Below, in pieces: positions 54,459 through 64,000 of a stretch of DNA of 64,000 bases. The stretch comes from Candidatus Sulfotelmatobacter sp. GTDB lineage: Bacteria > Verrucomicrobiota > Verrucomicrobiia > Limisphaerales > UBA11358. A program made the position numbers and the translations under genes. The notes beneath the pieces are model-generated. The model searched no databases. It saw only the letters and a list, made by a program, of their open reading frames with translations, and was not told the DNA's origin. The first letter of the stretch is position 1. Every line of letters begins with the position of its first letter. The stretch covers positions 2,460-66,459 of the forward strand of contig DATJTK010000175.1 of assembly GCA_035503455.1 (NCBI GenBank), read 5' to 3'.

Positions 54459-55031
54459 TTAAAGTTTCAACCGGTCCTTCATCAGGCAGAACGCAAATGC
54501 CGACGCCACCAGCAGCGCCAGGGCGGACGGTTCAGGAACCGGCGCCGAGTCAGAAACGGGCGCCGGAATCAACGCCGGGGAACTCCACTCGATGCCGTCG
54601 TCGTTGACTGTAAAGCTGGCGTCTCCGGGAGCGATGGGAGATGTATAGCTCACGTCGTCGTCGGTCACATCCGAGTCAAAGCCCCAGACCCAACCGACCG
54701 AATTGCTGTCAAAGCCGGAGGCATCCTGCTCGGCGCAACCGTAATCGAGCATTTTCATGCCGGTTGTATCGAGCGGGTCGCTGTTGCCGCCGATTGTAAA
54801 GGACGTCAATGCTTCCGGGACATAGGTGGTCAAACCATAACTGTATTCGTACACCCCGGTTTGGATTTCGTTCACTTCGTAGGTGATATAGAGACGGTCA
54901 TTGGGAAGTGTGTGGCCGTCCGAGACGCCTTCAAATGACACGGTTTGTGATGGAACAACGATAAGCGCCCGCCCCTGGAAAGCAACTGTCGCAAGCAAAC
55001 CGGCAACAGCAATAGTGATTAGATTTTTCAT
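54459..55031 (-). CDS. PEP-CTERM sorting-domain protein
   Basis: Signal peptide. C-terminus PVPEPSALALLVASAFAFCLMKDRLKL (PEP motif, TM segment, basic tail). Confidence 0.8.
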   Translation of the reverse strand: MKNLITIAVAGLLATVAFQGRALIVVPSQTVSFEGVSDGHTLPNDRLYITYEVNEIQTGVYEYSYGLTTYVPEALTSFTIGGNSDPLDTTGMKMLDYGCAEQDASGFDSNSVGWVWGFDSDVTDDDVSYTSPIAPGDASFTVNDDGIEWSSPALIPAPVSDSAPVPEPSALALLVASAFAFCLMKDRLKL

Positions 55032-55098
55032 GGCTTAATTTGACCGCCCAAATTTCACGCGGCTGGAAGCAGTTTCTTTGCCAAGTGGTTGGAAGCCA

Positions 55099-55586
55099 TC
55101 AGGAAAGAGGGAATATGAACGAACAAGGACGCTGCAACTCAAAATACGGGCGCCACGGACGCGCCGTGACTATTCGCGCCCGCTCATGGCGCTTTAGTTC
55201 CAACGACCTGGGCGAAGTCCAATCCTGCCATGATAAATTATCCGTGCGCCGAACATCCCAGGCAGCATCCGCGTTCAGGGACATCCAGCCATAAAATTGC
55301 GGCCAGAGGCGCGCGTCGCTTAGAAACCGCGCCGTCCAACGCATAAAAATACCGTTAAATCCGGCCGCGTCGCCAGAAGCGGGCAGGGTACTGTCCCACG
55401 ACAGGACACATCGCGTAAAATTTACCGCCAGCAAAGCATCGTCGAAATAGTTGGTGCCGCCTGTAAATTTCCACAGCAAAACCTGGAATTGTACGCGTTG
55501 AACGCAGCGTCCGCGGCGGTGGGATCCATCGCCTCCGCAACACCGGACGCCCACGTGAGGATCGCAACGACAAAAACTATCTTCAT
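55099..55586 (-). pseudogene. Frameshifted, internally shortened GH76-like (alpha-1,6-mannanase-like) remnant
   Basis: Signal peptide plus AADAAFNAYNSRF in one frame (from the ATG at 55586). A second frame continues with GFNGIFMRWTARFL...NADAAWDV...LSWQDWTSP. Total length is less than half of a typical GH76. Confidence 0.35.
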
Positions 55587-55660
55587 TTGCAACACGGAAA
55601 TAAGGCTATTTCTCACAGCTGTTTAAGCAAGCGAGTTCCGAAGCCGGGTTAACTCTCGCC

Positions 55661-55691
55661 CGATCCAATAATCCATTTATCCACTAATCCC
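55661..55691 (+). repeat. One-sided array of 8-bp (NNNAATCC-type) units, same unit type as 9284-9315
   Basis: ...gatcc aataatcc atttatcc actaatcc. This is followed by the direct repeat atccccgcttt x2. Upstream of the GH3 gene. Confidence 0.6.
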
Positions 55692-55800
55692 ACCCTTTGC
55701 GCATCCCCGCTTTATCCCCGCTTTTTCACCCTTGCCGGTTGTAGCGGAATCGCTACTATCCAACCCCATCGCCGCAGAACTCATAGGCACACAAAAATTT

Positions 55801-58476
55801 ATGGAATCACAAAACAACGCACTCAATCGCAGACAGTTCCTCTCGACCGTCACCGCCGCCGCCGGCTTGCTGGCGCTGGGAACGCCAGGCGCGTTCGCCG
55901 AAGATTTCGCGCTTTTTGGCGAACACGACCGCCGGACAGTCGGAATTTCCGACAAAGCGTACCAGCGCGCGTGGAAACGGGCCGAAGCAATCGTTGCGCA
56001 AATGACATTGGACGAAAAAATCAGCCAACTCGGCTCGTCCGCGGCCGCCATCGAGCGCTTAAATATTCCGTTCTATAATTATTACACCGGCGAAGCGTTG
56101 CATGGACTGACACAGGAAGCGCCGGCCACATCTTTCCCGGTGCCCCTGGCGCTTGCCGCCGCATGGAACCCTGAACTCGCCCTCAAAACCTATACAGCGG
56201 TTTCGGATGAAGCGCGCGCGTACGACAACCGGATGCACAAGGGCCTTAGTTATTACTCCCCGGTCACGCTCAATCTCCACCGGGACCCGCGCTGGGGCCG
56301 GTGCTCCGAAGTGCCCGGCGAAGATCCATGCCTGGCTTCAACCCTCGCGGTCAACATAGTCCGCGGCATGCAGGGCGATGACCGCGATTACCTCAAAACC
56401 ACCGCTTGCTCGAAGCATTATATCTGCAACAATACCGACCACGATCGCACCGCGATTTCGCCGCCGGTGGACCAGCGCAGTTTTTGGGAATATTACACCC
56501 GCGCCTATCGCGCCACGATTTTGCATGGCGACGTCTTTACCTTGATGAGCGCCTACAGCGGCATCAACGGCGTTCCGTGCAGCGCCAGCCATTTCCTGCT
56601 CACGGAATTGTTGCGCGGCCAATGGGGATTTCGCGGCTACGTGACTTCGGATTGCGACGCCATCAACAATATTTACAATCCGCACCATTACGCGGCCACG
56701 CAGCCCATCGCCGCCGCAATGGCCGTCCAGGCCGGATGCGATCTAAATTGTGGCGGGACATTGCAGCACAATTTACGGGAAGCCGTGCGCCAGGAACTGA
56801 TCGGCGAAGAGGAAATCTCTCTGTCCGTGACGCGGGTGTTTACCGTGCGTTTCCTGCTCGGCGTATTCGATCCGCCGGCGAAGGTTCGTTACACGCAAAT
56901 CCCATTTCAAGTCGTCGACTGCCCGGAACATCGCGCATTGGCGATCGAAGCGGCGCGGCAATCGCTCGTTCTGCTTAAGAACGATTCCCAGTTCCTGCCG
57001 CTGGACAAGAACGGGATCAAGAAAATCGCGGTGATTGGCCCAATGGCCGGCATTTGTCATCTCGGCGGCTATAGCGGCACGCCCGGAATTTCCATTTCAC
57101 CGTATCGCGGTATCGCCGAAAAATTCGGCATCACGATCAAACTCCCGTATATCCAGGCTTCGGAAATGGTTCGCTGCGACGGGGAAATCCGGCTGCAATC
57201 CTCTTCTGAAGGAGAAATGAACCTGGGATTTATTAGCAACGGCACGTGGGCGGAATTTCCAAAGGCGGATTTCACCGGTAAAACTGCCTTCCAGGCGCGT
57301 GTCTCCAGCGACGGACCCGGCGGAACTATCGAGGTCCATTTGGACAAATTCGACGGGCCGCTGGCCTGTACGCTTACGGTGCCCAACACGGGTGACTGGC
57401 AAAAATGGACTGATGTTACCGCCCCGTTGTCGGGCATCGCGGGTGAACATTCGATATTCCTGAAATTCGGGGGCGGCGACGGTTACCTGTTGAATGTCGA
57501 GCGATTGCAGTTGAATCCTGTCTCAGCTCCTGAGATGCCGCCCGGCGGGATCCAGGTGGTGTCGAAGTCCGGTTGCTCCGTAACCGGCAACAAAGACGAC
57601 GCCCTGTTCCAGGAAGCGGTGGATGCCGCGAAGGATGCCGACCTGGTAGTCCTGGTCTGTGGCGTGAACGAAGCCGTGTGCCGCGAGGGCCATGACCGTG
57701 ACACGATCGGTTTGACCGGCGCGCAGCCGGATTTGATAAAGGCCGTCTATGCGGCCAACCCCAAAACCGTGCTGGTATTGTCGACAAACAATTCCGTCTC
57801 GATTGAATGGGAACAACAAAATATTCCCGCCATTCTTTGCGCCACGTGTGCCGGCCAGGCGCAAGGGACGGCCATCGCCGAAGTCCTCTTTGGCGACTAC
57901 AACCCCGGCGGAAAACTTCCCTGCACATGGTATCGCTCCGTGGACCAGCTTCCGGACTTCCATGATTACAACATCCATAACGGCCGCACGTATATGTATT
58001 TTGAGGGCGACCCGATGTATCCCTTCGGCCACGGCCTCAGTTATACCACGTTCAAACTCGATAACCTGAATATCGCGAGCGCGGCGCTCGGTCCCGGCGA
58101 TAGGACTGCAGTATCAGCGGACGTCGCAAACACAGGCAGCCGCGCCGGCGCGGAAGTCGTCCAGCTTTACGTCACCGCCCCGTCCTCGCCCGTCAAACGG
58201 CCCATCAAGCAATTGGCCGGGTTCCAGCGCGTGGAACTGCAACCGGGTGAAAAGAAAACGGTGACCTTTGAGCTGCCTTTCAGCGAGCAGGCGTTTTGGT
58301 ATTGGGACGCAGACGCGCGGAAATTTGTCGTCCAGCCCGGAACCGCAAAAATTCTGGTTGGCAATTCTTCAGCCAATATCTCGTTGACCGGCGAACTGAC
58401 GCTCAAACCCGCGACGGAAGCGCTGCCAAAACCGGATTTTGTGGATACCGTGGCCGTGAAATCGAACGTGGCTTAA
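55801..58476 (+). CDS. Glycoside hydrolase family 3 (beta-glucosidase/beta-xylosidase type) with inserted CBM6-like module, Tat signal
   Basis: NRRQFLSTVTAAAGLLALG twin-arginine-type leader; KHYICNN; GYVTSDCDA (nucleophile region); CBM-like WAEFPKADF...GDWQKWTDV; Fn3-like C-terminus. Confidence 0.9.
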   Translation: MESQNNALNRRQFLSTVTAAAGLLALGTPGAFAEDFALFGEHDRRTVGISDKAYQRAWKRAEAIVAQMTLDEKISQLGSSAAAIERLNIPFYNYYTGEALHGLTQEAPATSFPVPLALAAAWNPELALKTYTAVSDEARAYDNRMHKGLSYYSPVTLNLHRDPRWGRCSEVPGEDPCLASTLAVNIVRGMQGDDRDYLKTTACSKHYICNNTDHDRTAISPPVDQRSFWEYYTRAYRATILHGDVFTLMSAYSGINGVPCSASHFLLTELLRGQWGFRGYVTSDCDAINNIYNPHHYAATQPIAAAMAVQAGCDLNCGGTLQHNLREAVRQELIGEEEISLSVTRVFTVRFLLGVFDPPAKVRYTQIPFQVVDCPEHRALAIEAARQSLVLLKNDSQFLPLDKNGIKKIAVIGPMAGICHLGGYSGTPGISISPYRGIAEKFGITIKLPYIQASEMVRCDGEIRLQSSSEGEMNLGFISNGTWAEFPKADFTGKTAFQARVSSDGPGGTIEVHLDKFDGPLACTLTVPNTGDWQKWTDVTAPLSGIAGEHSIFLKFGGGDGYLLNVERLQLNPVSAPEMPPGGIQVVSKSGCSVTGNKDDALFQEAVDAAKDADLVVLVCGVNEAVCREGHDRDTIGLTGAQPDLIKAVYAANPKTVLVLSTNNSVSIEWEQQNIPAILCATCAGQAQGTAIAEVLFGDYNPGGKLPCTWYRSVDQLPDFHDYNIHNGRTYMYFEGDPMYPFGHGLSYTTFKLDNLNIASAALGPGDRTAVSADVANTGSRAGAEVVQLYVTAPSSPVKRPIKQLAGFQRVELQPGEKKTVTFELPFSEQAFWYWDADARKFVVQPGTAKILVGNSSANISLTGELTLKPATEALPKPDFVDTVAVKSNVA

Positions 58477-58503
58477 GCGGATTGTGGATTGCGGAATGGT
58501 GGT

Positions 58504-59985
58504 TCATTTACGGTCCACGGTTCGTAGCGATAACTCCTTTTCCTCTTCCCAACCGCCGCCGAGGGCTTTGTAGAGTTGGACCAAATCGAGGGAAACCGTC
58601 TGGTCGCTCTGCACCAGCGTATCCTGTTCATTGTATAACGCGCTCTCCGAAGCCAATACGTGCAGGAAGTCCACCAATCCGCTTTTATAAAGCTGCGTTG
58701 CCAACAGCAGCGCCCGCTGGTCTGCCGCCACCGATTCCTCCAGCGATTCCCGGCGCACTTGCTCCCGTGCATACGCGGTCAACGCGTTTTCTACGTCCTG
58801 CAGCGCCACCAATACCGTCTGTTGATACTGCGCCAGCGCCGCCTGCTGCCGCGCGTTTTGCGCGTGCACATTGGCTACAAGGCTTCCCGCTTCAAAAATT
58901 TCCCATTGCACCGTCGGTCCTGCGGTCCAGTAATGGCTCATCCAGTTTAACCATTGGCCCGCGTCGATGCTCTGAAACCCCGCCACCCCTGTCAGCGAAA
59001 ACTGCGGAAACAAATTCGCCGTGGCCACCCCAATTTGTGCCGTAGCCGCCGCCAGTTGCCGCTCCGCCTGCTGCACATCGGGCCGCCGCAGGAGCAAATC
59101 CGAGGGCAACCCCACGGGTACTGCCGGAGGGGTGATGGGAATTTCTTTTTCGGCGGACATATCATTCATCAACGTTCCCGGCGGCTGGCCCAGCAAGACG
59201 GATAATTCAAACACCGATTGATCAAAGCCCGTTTGGAGAGAGGGAATTTGCGCCTGGGTATTTTTCAACAGGGCTTTGGCCTGTTGCACATCCAATTCGT
59301 TGCCCAGGCCGGTGGCAAAACGGTTGGTGGTGAAGCTCAGGATATTCTGCTCGGCCTGAATGTTTTCCCAGGCGATGTCCAGCCTTTGTTGATAGGCGCG
59401 GGCGCTGATGTAGTCGCGCGCCACTTCGGCCATGACAGAAATGAGCACGTCCCGCTCGCCGTATTCCGCCGCGCCGATTTGTGCGCTGGCGACCTGGATG
59501 GCCCGGCGGGTGCCTCCGAAAACGTCGAGTTCCCAGGCGGCGTCGAAGTTGCCGTCGTAAGCGTTGTAATCGAGCGGTATGCCAAAGCCTTTCAGGGGCG
59601 GGTACGCGCTATAACGATTGCGGCTGTAGCTGGCCTCGGTGCCGAGGGACGGCCACAACGCGCCGGAAATGACGGTGCGCTGGAAACGGGCCTCACGGAC
59701 ATGAGCCTCCGCGACCTGGAGGGTAAGATTGGACTGGATGGCGATGAGCATGAGGGCGTCGAGATTGGTATCATCGAAGTTCCGCCACCAATGGGCCAGG
59801 TCCACAGTTGCGTTGGTTTCGCCATTATGCAGGGGCGAGATCCATTGCGATGGCGTACTGGTTTTCGGCCGCTGATAGTTTGGCCCCACCATGCAGCCGG
59901 ATTGCATTACGATAAGAAATGCCAAAACCGAAAGGAACAGGCAGACTCGGAGATGCGACGAAATATATTTGTGGGTTTTCAGCAT
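58504..59985 (-). CDS. Efflux outer-membrane lipoprotein (NodT/TolC family)
   Basis: Lipobox VMQSGCMVGPNYQRP. Two-repeat TolC-like body. ATG at 59985 overlaps the stop of the MFS gene. Confidence 0.88.
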   Translation of the reverse strand: MLKTHKYISSHLRVCLFLSVLAFLIVMQSGCMVGPNYQRPKTSTPSQWISPLHNGETNATVDLAHWWRNFDDTNLDALMLIAIQSNLTLQVAEAHVREARFQRTVISGALWPSLGTEASYSRNRYSAYPPLKGFGIPLDYNAYDGNFDAAWELDVFGGTRRAIQVASAQIGAAEYGERDVLISVMAEVARDYISARAYQQRLDIAWENIQAEQNILSFTTNRFATGLGNELDVQQAKALLKNTQAQIPSLQTGFDQSVFELSVLLGQPPGTLMNDMSAEKEIPITPPAVPVGLPSDLLLRRPDVQQAERQLAAATAQIGVATANLFPQFSLTGVAGFQSIDAGQWLNWMSHYWTAGPTVQWEIFEAGSLVANVHAQNARQQAALAQYQQTVLVALQDVENALTAYAREQVRRESLEESVAADQRALLLATQLYKSGLVDFLHVLASESALYNEQDTLVQSDQTVSLDLVQLYKALGGGWEEEKELSLRTVDRK

Positions 59986-61580
59986 GCCGGTGGTTTGAGA
60001 AAACGTGTGGTGAGGATGCGGACGATCACTACCAGCGGAAAGGCGAACACAAAAACCAGGGCCAGCGACTCGAAGCATCCATTAAATGCGATGCTGGCCC
60101 ATTGTCGGTGCGCTTCCTGCAACGTCAGTGCCGTGGCGGAGGCTGGAACTTGCGACGGTTCCCCTCCATTTAATAAAAGCGCATATTGCACGGACTGGTT
60201 GTAATCCACCGCATTGGGACTTGTCCATGACACCGCATTGCCAAATATCGATTGGTTGTTGTCCGTTTTTGTCTCGAGAAGCGTTTGCAACCAGGCGATG
60301 CCGGCCAGCGCCCCAATATTCCGGTTAAAATTAAAGATACCCGCCGCCGCCACGTCTTCTTCGGGGGGCAGGCAGATCAGCGCCAGCAACGTCAGCGGGA
60401 TAAACTGGCAGCCCAACGCAAATCCGCGAACGATCAGCCAGAAAGCGAAACCGTCGAAATCGAGGTTGGAGGGCGCATAGCCGAAACGCCACATGGCAGT
60501 GCCAAAACATAGCAGGCCGGTAAGGATGGAAAATACCGGCGGCATTTTCGCGAACCGAATTAGAAGACCCACCCCCAAAAATGAAAAGACCGCCAGGGTT
60601 GTGCCTGAGAGCTGAACCAACCCGCTCACCGAAACCGGATATGCCAGGACGGTGGTCGCAAACCCTGAAATGACAAAACCGCTTCCAAAGAGAGCAACGC
60701 CCGCGAGCAGGACCATGCCCACGCCAAAGGTAAAGTTCGCGTAACGAAAAGCCCCATACGGTAAAAAAGTGGGTCCGCCGCGGGTTTCGAGAAAAGCAAG
60801 GGCAACGATGCAGGTGACTGCGAGCAAGGACGCCCATACGATGGGCGGGTATTCGAACCAGCGGTTGCGCTCGCCCTGTTGCAGGACATAAACAACCGAA
60901 AAAAGCATGGTCACCATCAGGATGATCCTTCGGGGCATCACCACAGTGCCCGGGACGGTATCGCTCAACCATTTCCGTTTCCAATAATGCCATGCGCAAC
61001 CGAGCAGCCCGAACGGCGTTATCGCCAGATAAGCCAGGCGCCAATCATAATGATAGGCCCAGCCGCCCAGAAACACGGGCACAATCGTTGCCGGAAACAT
61101 GACGGATGCCAGTGCATAAATGCCTTGCACAATCGGCTGATCTCTGCGGGGAAATATTGCGAGCAAGGTGCCCTGGCCGAGGGCAATCATTGCGCCGCCG
61201 GCGCAACCCTGAATCAGCAGCACCGCCAGGAATATTGGAAAATTGGGCACAAACGCGCCCGCGGCCGTTGACAGCACCAGGACGGTGGACGCAGTCAGGA
61301 TTGACCGTCGTTGTCCAAATAGCCGCTGCAATTTTGCCGCCAGCAGCAACATATAGAGTTTTCCCACGTAATAGAAAATTGATCCCCAGGTAATTTGGTC
61401 AGGATTCGCGGACAGGCCGCCCGACAGGTATGATCTTAATGTCGACGCCGCGGCGCCGTTGACACCGTCCAGCAAAACCAGAAAGGCCGACGCAAACAAA
61501 AATCCGGTTTTTTCCACACCCAACCTGCCGGCGAATGATTCCACCTGTTTAGCATTCAGAGTTGTGATGAGATTACTCAT
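59979..61580 (-). CDS. MFS drug efflux transporter, DHA2 (EmrB/QacA) family
   Basis: 14-TM-like profile in operon with HlyD and OMP genes. ATG at 61580 (MSNLITTLNAK). Confidence 0.85.
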   Translation of the reverse strand: MSNLITTLNAKQVESFAGRLGVEKTGFLFASAFLVLLDGVNGAAASTLRSYLSGGLSANPDQITWGSIFYYVGKLYMLLLAAKLQRLFGQRRSILTASTVLVLSTAAGAFVPNFPIFLAVLLIQGCAGGAMIALGQGTLLAIFPRRDQPIVQGIYALASVMFPATIVPVFLGGWAYHYDWRLAYLAITPFGLLGCAWHYWKRKWLSDTVPGTVVMPRRIILMVTMLFSVVYVLQQGERNRWFEYPPIVWASLLAVTCIVALAFLETRGGPTFLPYGAFRYANFTFGVGMVLLAGVALFGSGFVISGFATTVLAYPVSVSGLVQLSGTTLAVFSFLGVGLLIRFAKMPPVFSILTGLLCFGTAMWRFGYAPSNLDFDGFAFWLIVRGFALGCQFIPLTLLALICLPPEEDVAAAGIFNFNRNIGALAGIAWLQTLLETKTDNNQSIFGNAVSWTSPNAVDYNQSVQYALLLNGGEPSQVPASATALTLQEAHRQWASIAFNGCFESLALVFVFAFPLVVIVRILTTRFLKPPAC

Positions 61581-62874
61581 GGATGATTTCCGATTTGTCG
61601 TATTCCGGCATGGTTGTGGCCGCGGCATTAGTGGTGAGCTTCGCCAAAGCCTGGAGGTTGGTTGCTACGAGGCTCCGCAAAAGCTCATTGGCCTGCGCCC
61701 ATTCATTTGAATAAATGTCCGTCGCGTACATGGGTTGCTCGGAAGGAACCTGGGCTAACATTGCGCCGCGGTGGTCGGATGTATCAACAGTCACCCGCAT
61801 CGAAAGGCCAATTCTGAGCGGGTGTTTTTCAAGCGCATCGTCATCGTCCAGGATAATCCTCACCGGAACACGTTGAATGATCTTAATCCAATTGCCTGAA
61901 CCTTCATCAGGAGGCAACAGCGAGAACGCCGCGCCCGTGGTGGGAGCCAGCCCCACGACATGGCCCTTGTATTTGGCGGAGTCACCATAAAAATCGGACC
62001 TCAACGTGACCGGCTGGCCAATCCTGACAAACCGAAGCTCTCCTTCCTTGAAGTTCGCATTGACCCAGATTTGATCCAACGGAATGATCGCCAGCAAGTC
62101 CGTGCCGATCGTGACCCGCTGCCCGACCTCGACCGTCCGTTGCATGACATATCCCGTTGCCGGAGCCCTGACAATGGTTCGCTGCAAATCCAGGTCTGCG
62201 TTCAAGACATTGGCTTCGGCCTGGAGCACCAGTGGATGATGTTCCAGGTCAATGTTCGCGGTCAGCGCCTGTGCTGCCCCCAATTCCTGTTCGGCGACAA
62301 TGAGCAATGCACGGGCGGTGTCCCTGGCCTGACGCGCATGGATGATGTCCTCGGACGAAACAGTCCCCGGGAGCGACGTGATTCTCCGGTGATAATCATC
62401 CTCGGCTTTGTCCAACTCCACTTTTTCCGCATCGACGTTCGCTTTCAATTCAGCAACGTTGAGATAGAACTGGCAAACCTTGCGCATGGTGTCTCCCAGT
62501 GCGCCCTCGGCCTGCAATAGTGCAACGCGCTGGTCATCGTCATCCAACACAACGACCGGCTGGCCCTCCCGGACGAGATCGGTATCGTCCGCATTGATGG
62601 CCGTTACCGTGCCCGTCTCGCGGGCCACCAGAAAAACTTTGTTGCCGTGAACGTACGCGTCGTCGGTCCACCGAAAAGGAATGTCCAGCCTGAAAAAATA
62701 AACGATTGCGATCACGAGAATGACCAGGATCAAAATCGAAAAGATAGCCAGCCGGCGCCGGCGGCGTGGACGAGGCGCCGGTGGTTCCGGTTTGGTTGCA
62801 GCGGAAGCAGCTTGTGTCTGGGGCTCTGCGCCTTTGTTCGTGGAATCAGATTGTGGTTTTTCGGCTGGCGTCAT
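61573..62874 (-). CDS. HlyD/EmrA-family membrane fusion protein
   Basis: Single N-terminal TM after a Pro/Arg-rich tail, a coiled-coil segment, and beta-barrel motifs (RAPATGYVMQRTVEVGQRV; PVRIILDDD). Confidence 0.88.
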   Translation of the reverse strand: MTPAEKPQSDSTNKGAEPQTQAASAATKPEPPAPRPRRRRRLAIFSILILVILVIAIVYFFRLDIPFRWTDDAYVHGNKVFLVARETGTVTAINADDTDLVREGQPVVVLDDDDQRVALLQAEGALGDTMRKVCQFYLNVAELKANVDAEKVELDKAEDDYHRRITSLPGTVSSEDIIHARQARDTARALLIVAEQELGAAQALTANIDLEHHPLVLQAEANVLNADLDLQRTIVRAPATGYVMQRTVEVGQRVTIGTDLLAIIPLDQIWVNANFKEGELRFVRIGQPVTLRSDFYGDSAKYKGHVVGLAPTTGAAFSLLPPDEGSGNWIKIIQRVPVRIILDDDDALEKHPLRIGLSMRVTVDTSDHRGAMLAQVPSEQPMYATDIYSNEWAQANELLRSLVATNLQALAKLTTNAAATTMPEYDKSEIIHE

Positions 62875-63126
62875 TGATTTTCATCCTGGAACCCACGGTC
62901 ATGTCCCTGCCATGACCGTCGCCGCATGCGTCCTATACATACGCCCGTTTTTGAATTTGTCCATAAATTTTGATCTGGCAACGATTTCGCCGGCATTATT
63001 TCGATTGCGAATCGTTTGTTTTCATAGAAGCGGGATTTCTTCCCGAAAGAGACAATTTCGTTTTGAAAGAAAATTGTCCAATTTCCAATTCCGGCGAAAA
63101 TGATTAAGTAAATGCCAAAGCTAAGA

Positions 63127-63184
63127 TTGGATGTTGGACCTTTGGAGCTTCCCTGGAGCTTGGATATTGGAATTTGGTGCTTCC
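63127..63184. repeat. Structured short repeat (ttggatRttgga x2 flanking tggagctt x2)
   Basis: ttggatgttgga-cctt-tggagctt-ccc-tggagc-ttggatattgga-atttggtgcttcc, read directly from the sequence. Intergenic. Confidence 0.5.
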
Positions 63185-63256
63185 TGCCTGAAGTTTAAAC
63201 GATCCCCGAACGAACTGTCACTCACGGCGCTCATGCGCACTCACTAACTGCTTTTC

Positions 63257-64000
63257 TCATTCCTCGTCTTTCACTCCCTGCATTCTCTTCGTCGGGCACC
63301 CCGCCCGCAACCATCCATTCACGTACGGATCCAGGTTCCCATCCATCACCCCTTGAACATCGCTGGTTTCCACGCCCGTGCGCAAATCTTTGACCATCCG
63401 ATACGGCTGAAAGACGTAGCTGCGAATTTGGTTGCCCCAGGAAATACTGCCTTTTTCACCGTAAAAACGTTCCATCTCGGCCTTTTGCGCGTCCAGACGC
63501 TGCGCGTAAATGCGCGAGAGCAACAGGCGCATGGCCGTGGCGCGGTTCTGATGCTGCGAACGTTGCGTTTGCGAAGCGACGACCAATCCGGTGGGAATGT
63601 GCGTGATGCGCACGGCGGTTTCCACTTTGTTCACGTTTTGTCCGCCCTTGCCGCCCGAACGGAATGTATCAACCTGAAATTCGTTCGGCGGAATGACGAT
63701 ATCCGAATCTTCTTCCTCGATTTCGGCAATCACGTCCACGCTCGCGAAGCTGGTATGACGCCGTTTGTTCGAGTCAAACGGCGAAATGCGCACAAGACGA
63801 TGCACGCCGCGCTCGGCCTTCGTAAAGCCGTAGGCATTCTCGCCCTGCAAAAGCATTGTGACGCTTTTAAGCCCTGCGCCTTCGCCCGGAAGCGCATCGG
63901 TCACTTCGACTTCCCAGCCTCGTGACTCCGCCCAGCGTTGATACATCCGTGAGAGCATCTCAGCCCAGTCCTGCGCCTCGGTACCTCCAGCGCCGGCATT
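63257..64000 (-). CDS. prfB: Peptide chain release factor 2 (5' end outside window)
   Basis: RISPFDS (SPF), [20 protein letters not shown] (GGQ). The frame stays open to nt 64000 (…[16 protein letters not shown]). Confidence 0.93.
   Translation of the reverse strand, partial: NAGAGGTEAQDWAEMLSRMYQRWAESRGWEVEVTDALPGEGAGLKSVTMLLQGENAYGFTKAERGVHRLVRISPFDSNKRRHTSFASVDVIAEIEEEDSDIVIPPNEFQVDTFRSGGKGGQNVNKVETAVRITHIPTGLVVASQTQRSQHQNRATAMRLLLSRIYAQRLDAQKAEMERFYGEKGSISWGNQIRSYVFQPYRMVKDLRTGVETSDVQGVMDGNLDPYVNGWLRAGCPTKRMQGVKDEE

Noticed and set aside
63257-64000. Programmed +1 frameshift site of prfB
   Set aside because: The frameshift site would lie about 25 codons into the gene. That is upstream of nt 64000 on the minus strand and outside this window, so it cannot be assessed here.

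Overview
GC-rich bacterial chromosomal window. The gene content (prepilin-type H-X9-DG/DUF1559 protein, DUF1080 lipoprotein, PEP-CTERM protein, four-helix-bundle protein, many secreted glycoside hydrolases) suggests a PVC-superphylum, Verrucomicrobiota-like organism; this is inference only. I call about 47 protein genes. Housekeeping: partial histidine kinase, rpoD, panC, hemL, gcvT/gcvH, a contiguous Moco operon (moaD, moaE-moeA fusion, moaC, mog, moaA), GTP-PEPCK, rarA, 5-formyl-THF cyclo-ligase, rlmN and partial prfB. Carbohydrate use: an L-fucose locus (GH29 fucosidase, class II aldolase, fucI, fucP), a second GH29, GH31, GH3, an unclassified GH-like protein, and two decayed GH remnants. 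Also present: an EmrAB/NodT-type tripartite efflux operon, an ABC-2 exporter, and a 6-kb NRPS gene with its own Sfp-type PPTase. I found no rRNA, tRNA, CRISPR array, transposase, integrase or phage gene. Best candidate for a new system: an orphan bimodular NRPS (acyl-AMP-ligase-like A, T, C, A, T, TE). Its second A domain gives a glycine-like specificity code by hand alignment, and its TE carries Cys in place of the nucleophilic Ser. It sits behind an AT-rich spacer bounded by inverted repeats, next to an ABC exporter. Second theme: several families of composite hairpin (REP/MITE-like) repeats whose stems are kept by compensatory substitutions. One copy is translated in frame as part of the linker that fuses MoaE to MoeA. 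Three loci also share an 'inverted arrays of 8-10 bp tandem units' layout. All functional calls rest on motifs read by eye, and no database search was possible.
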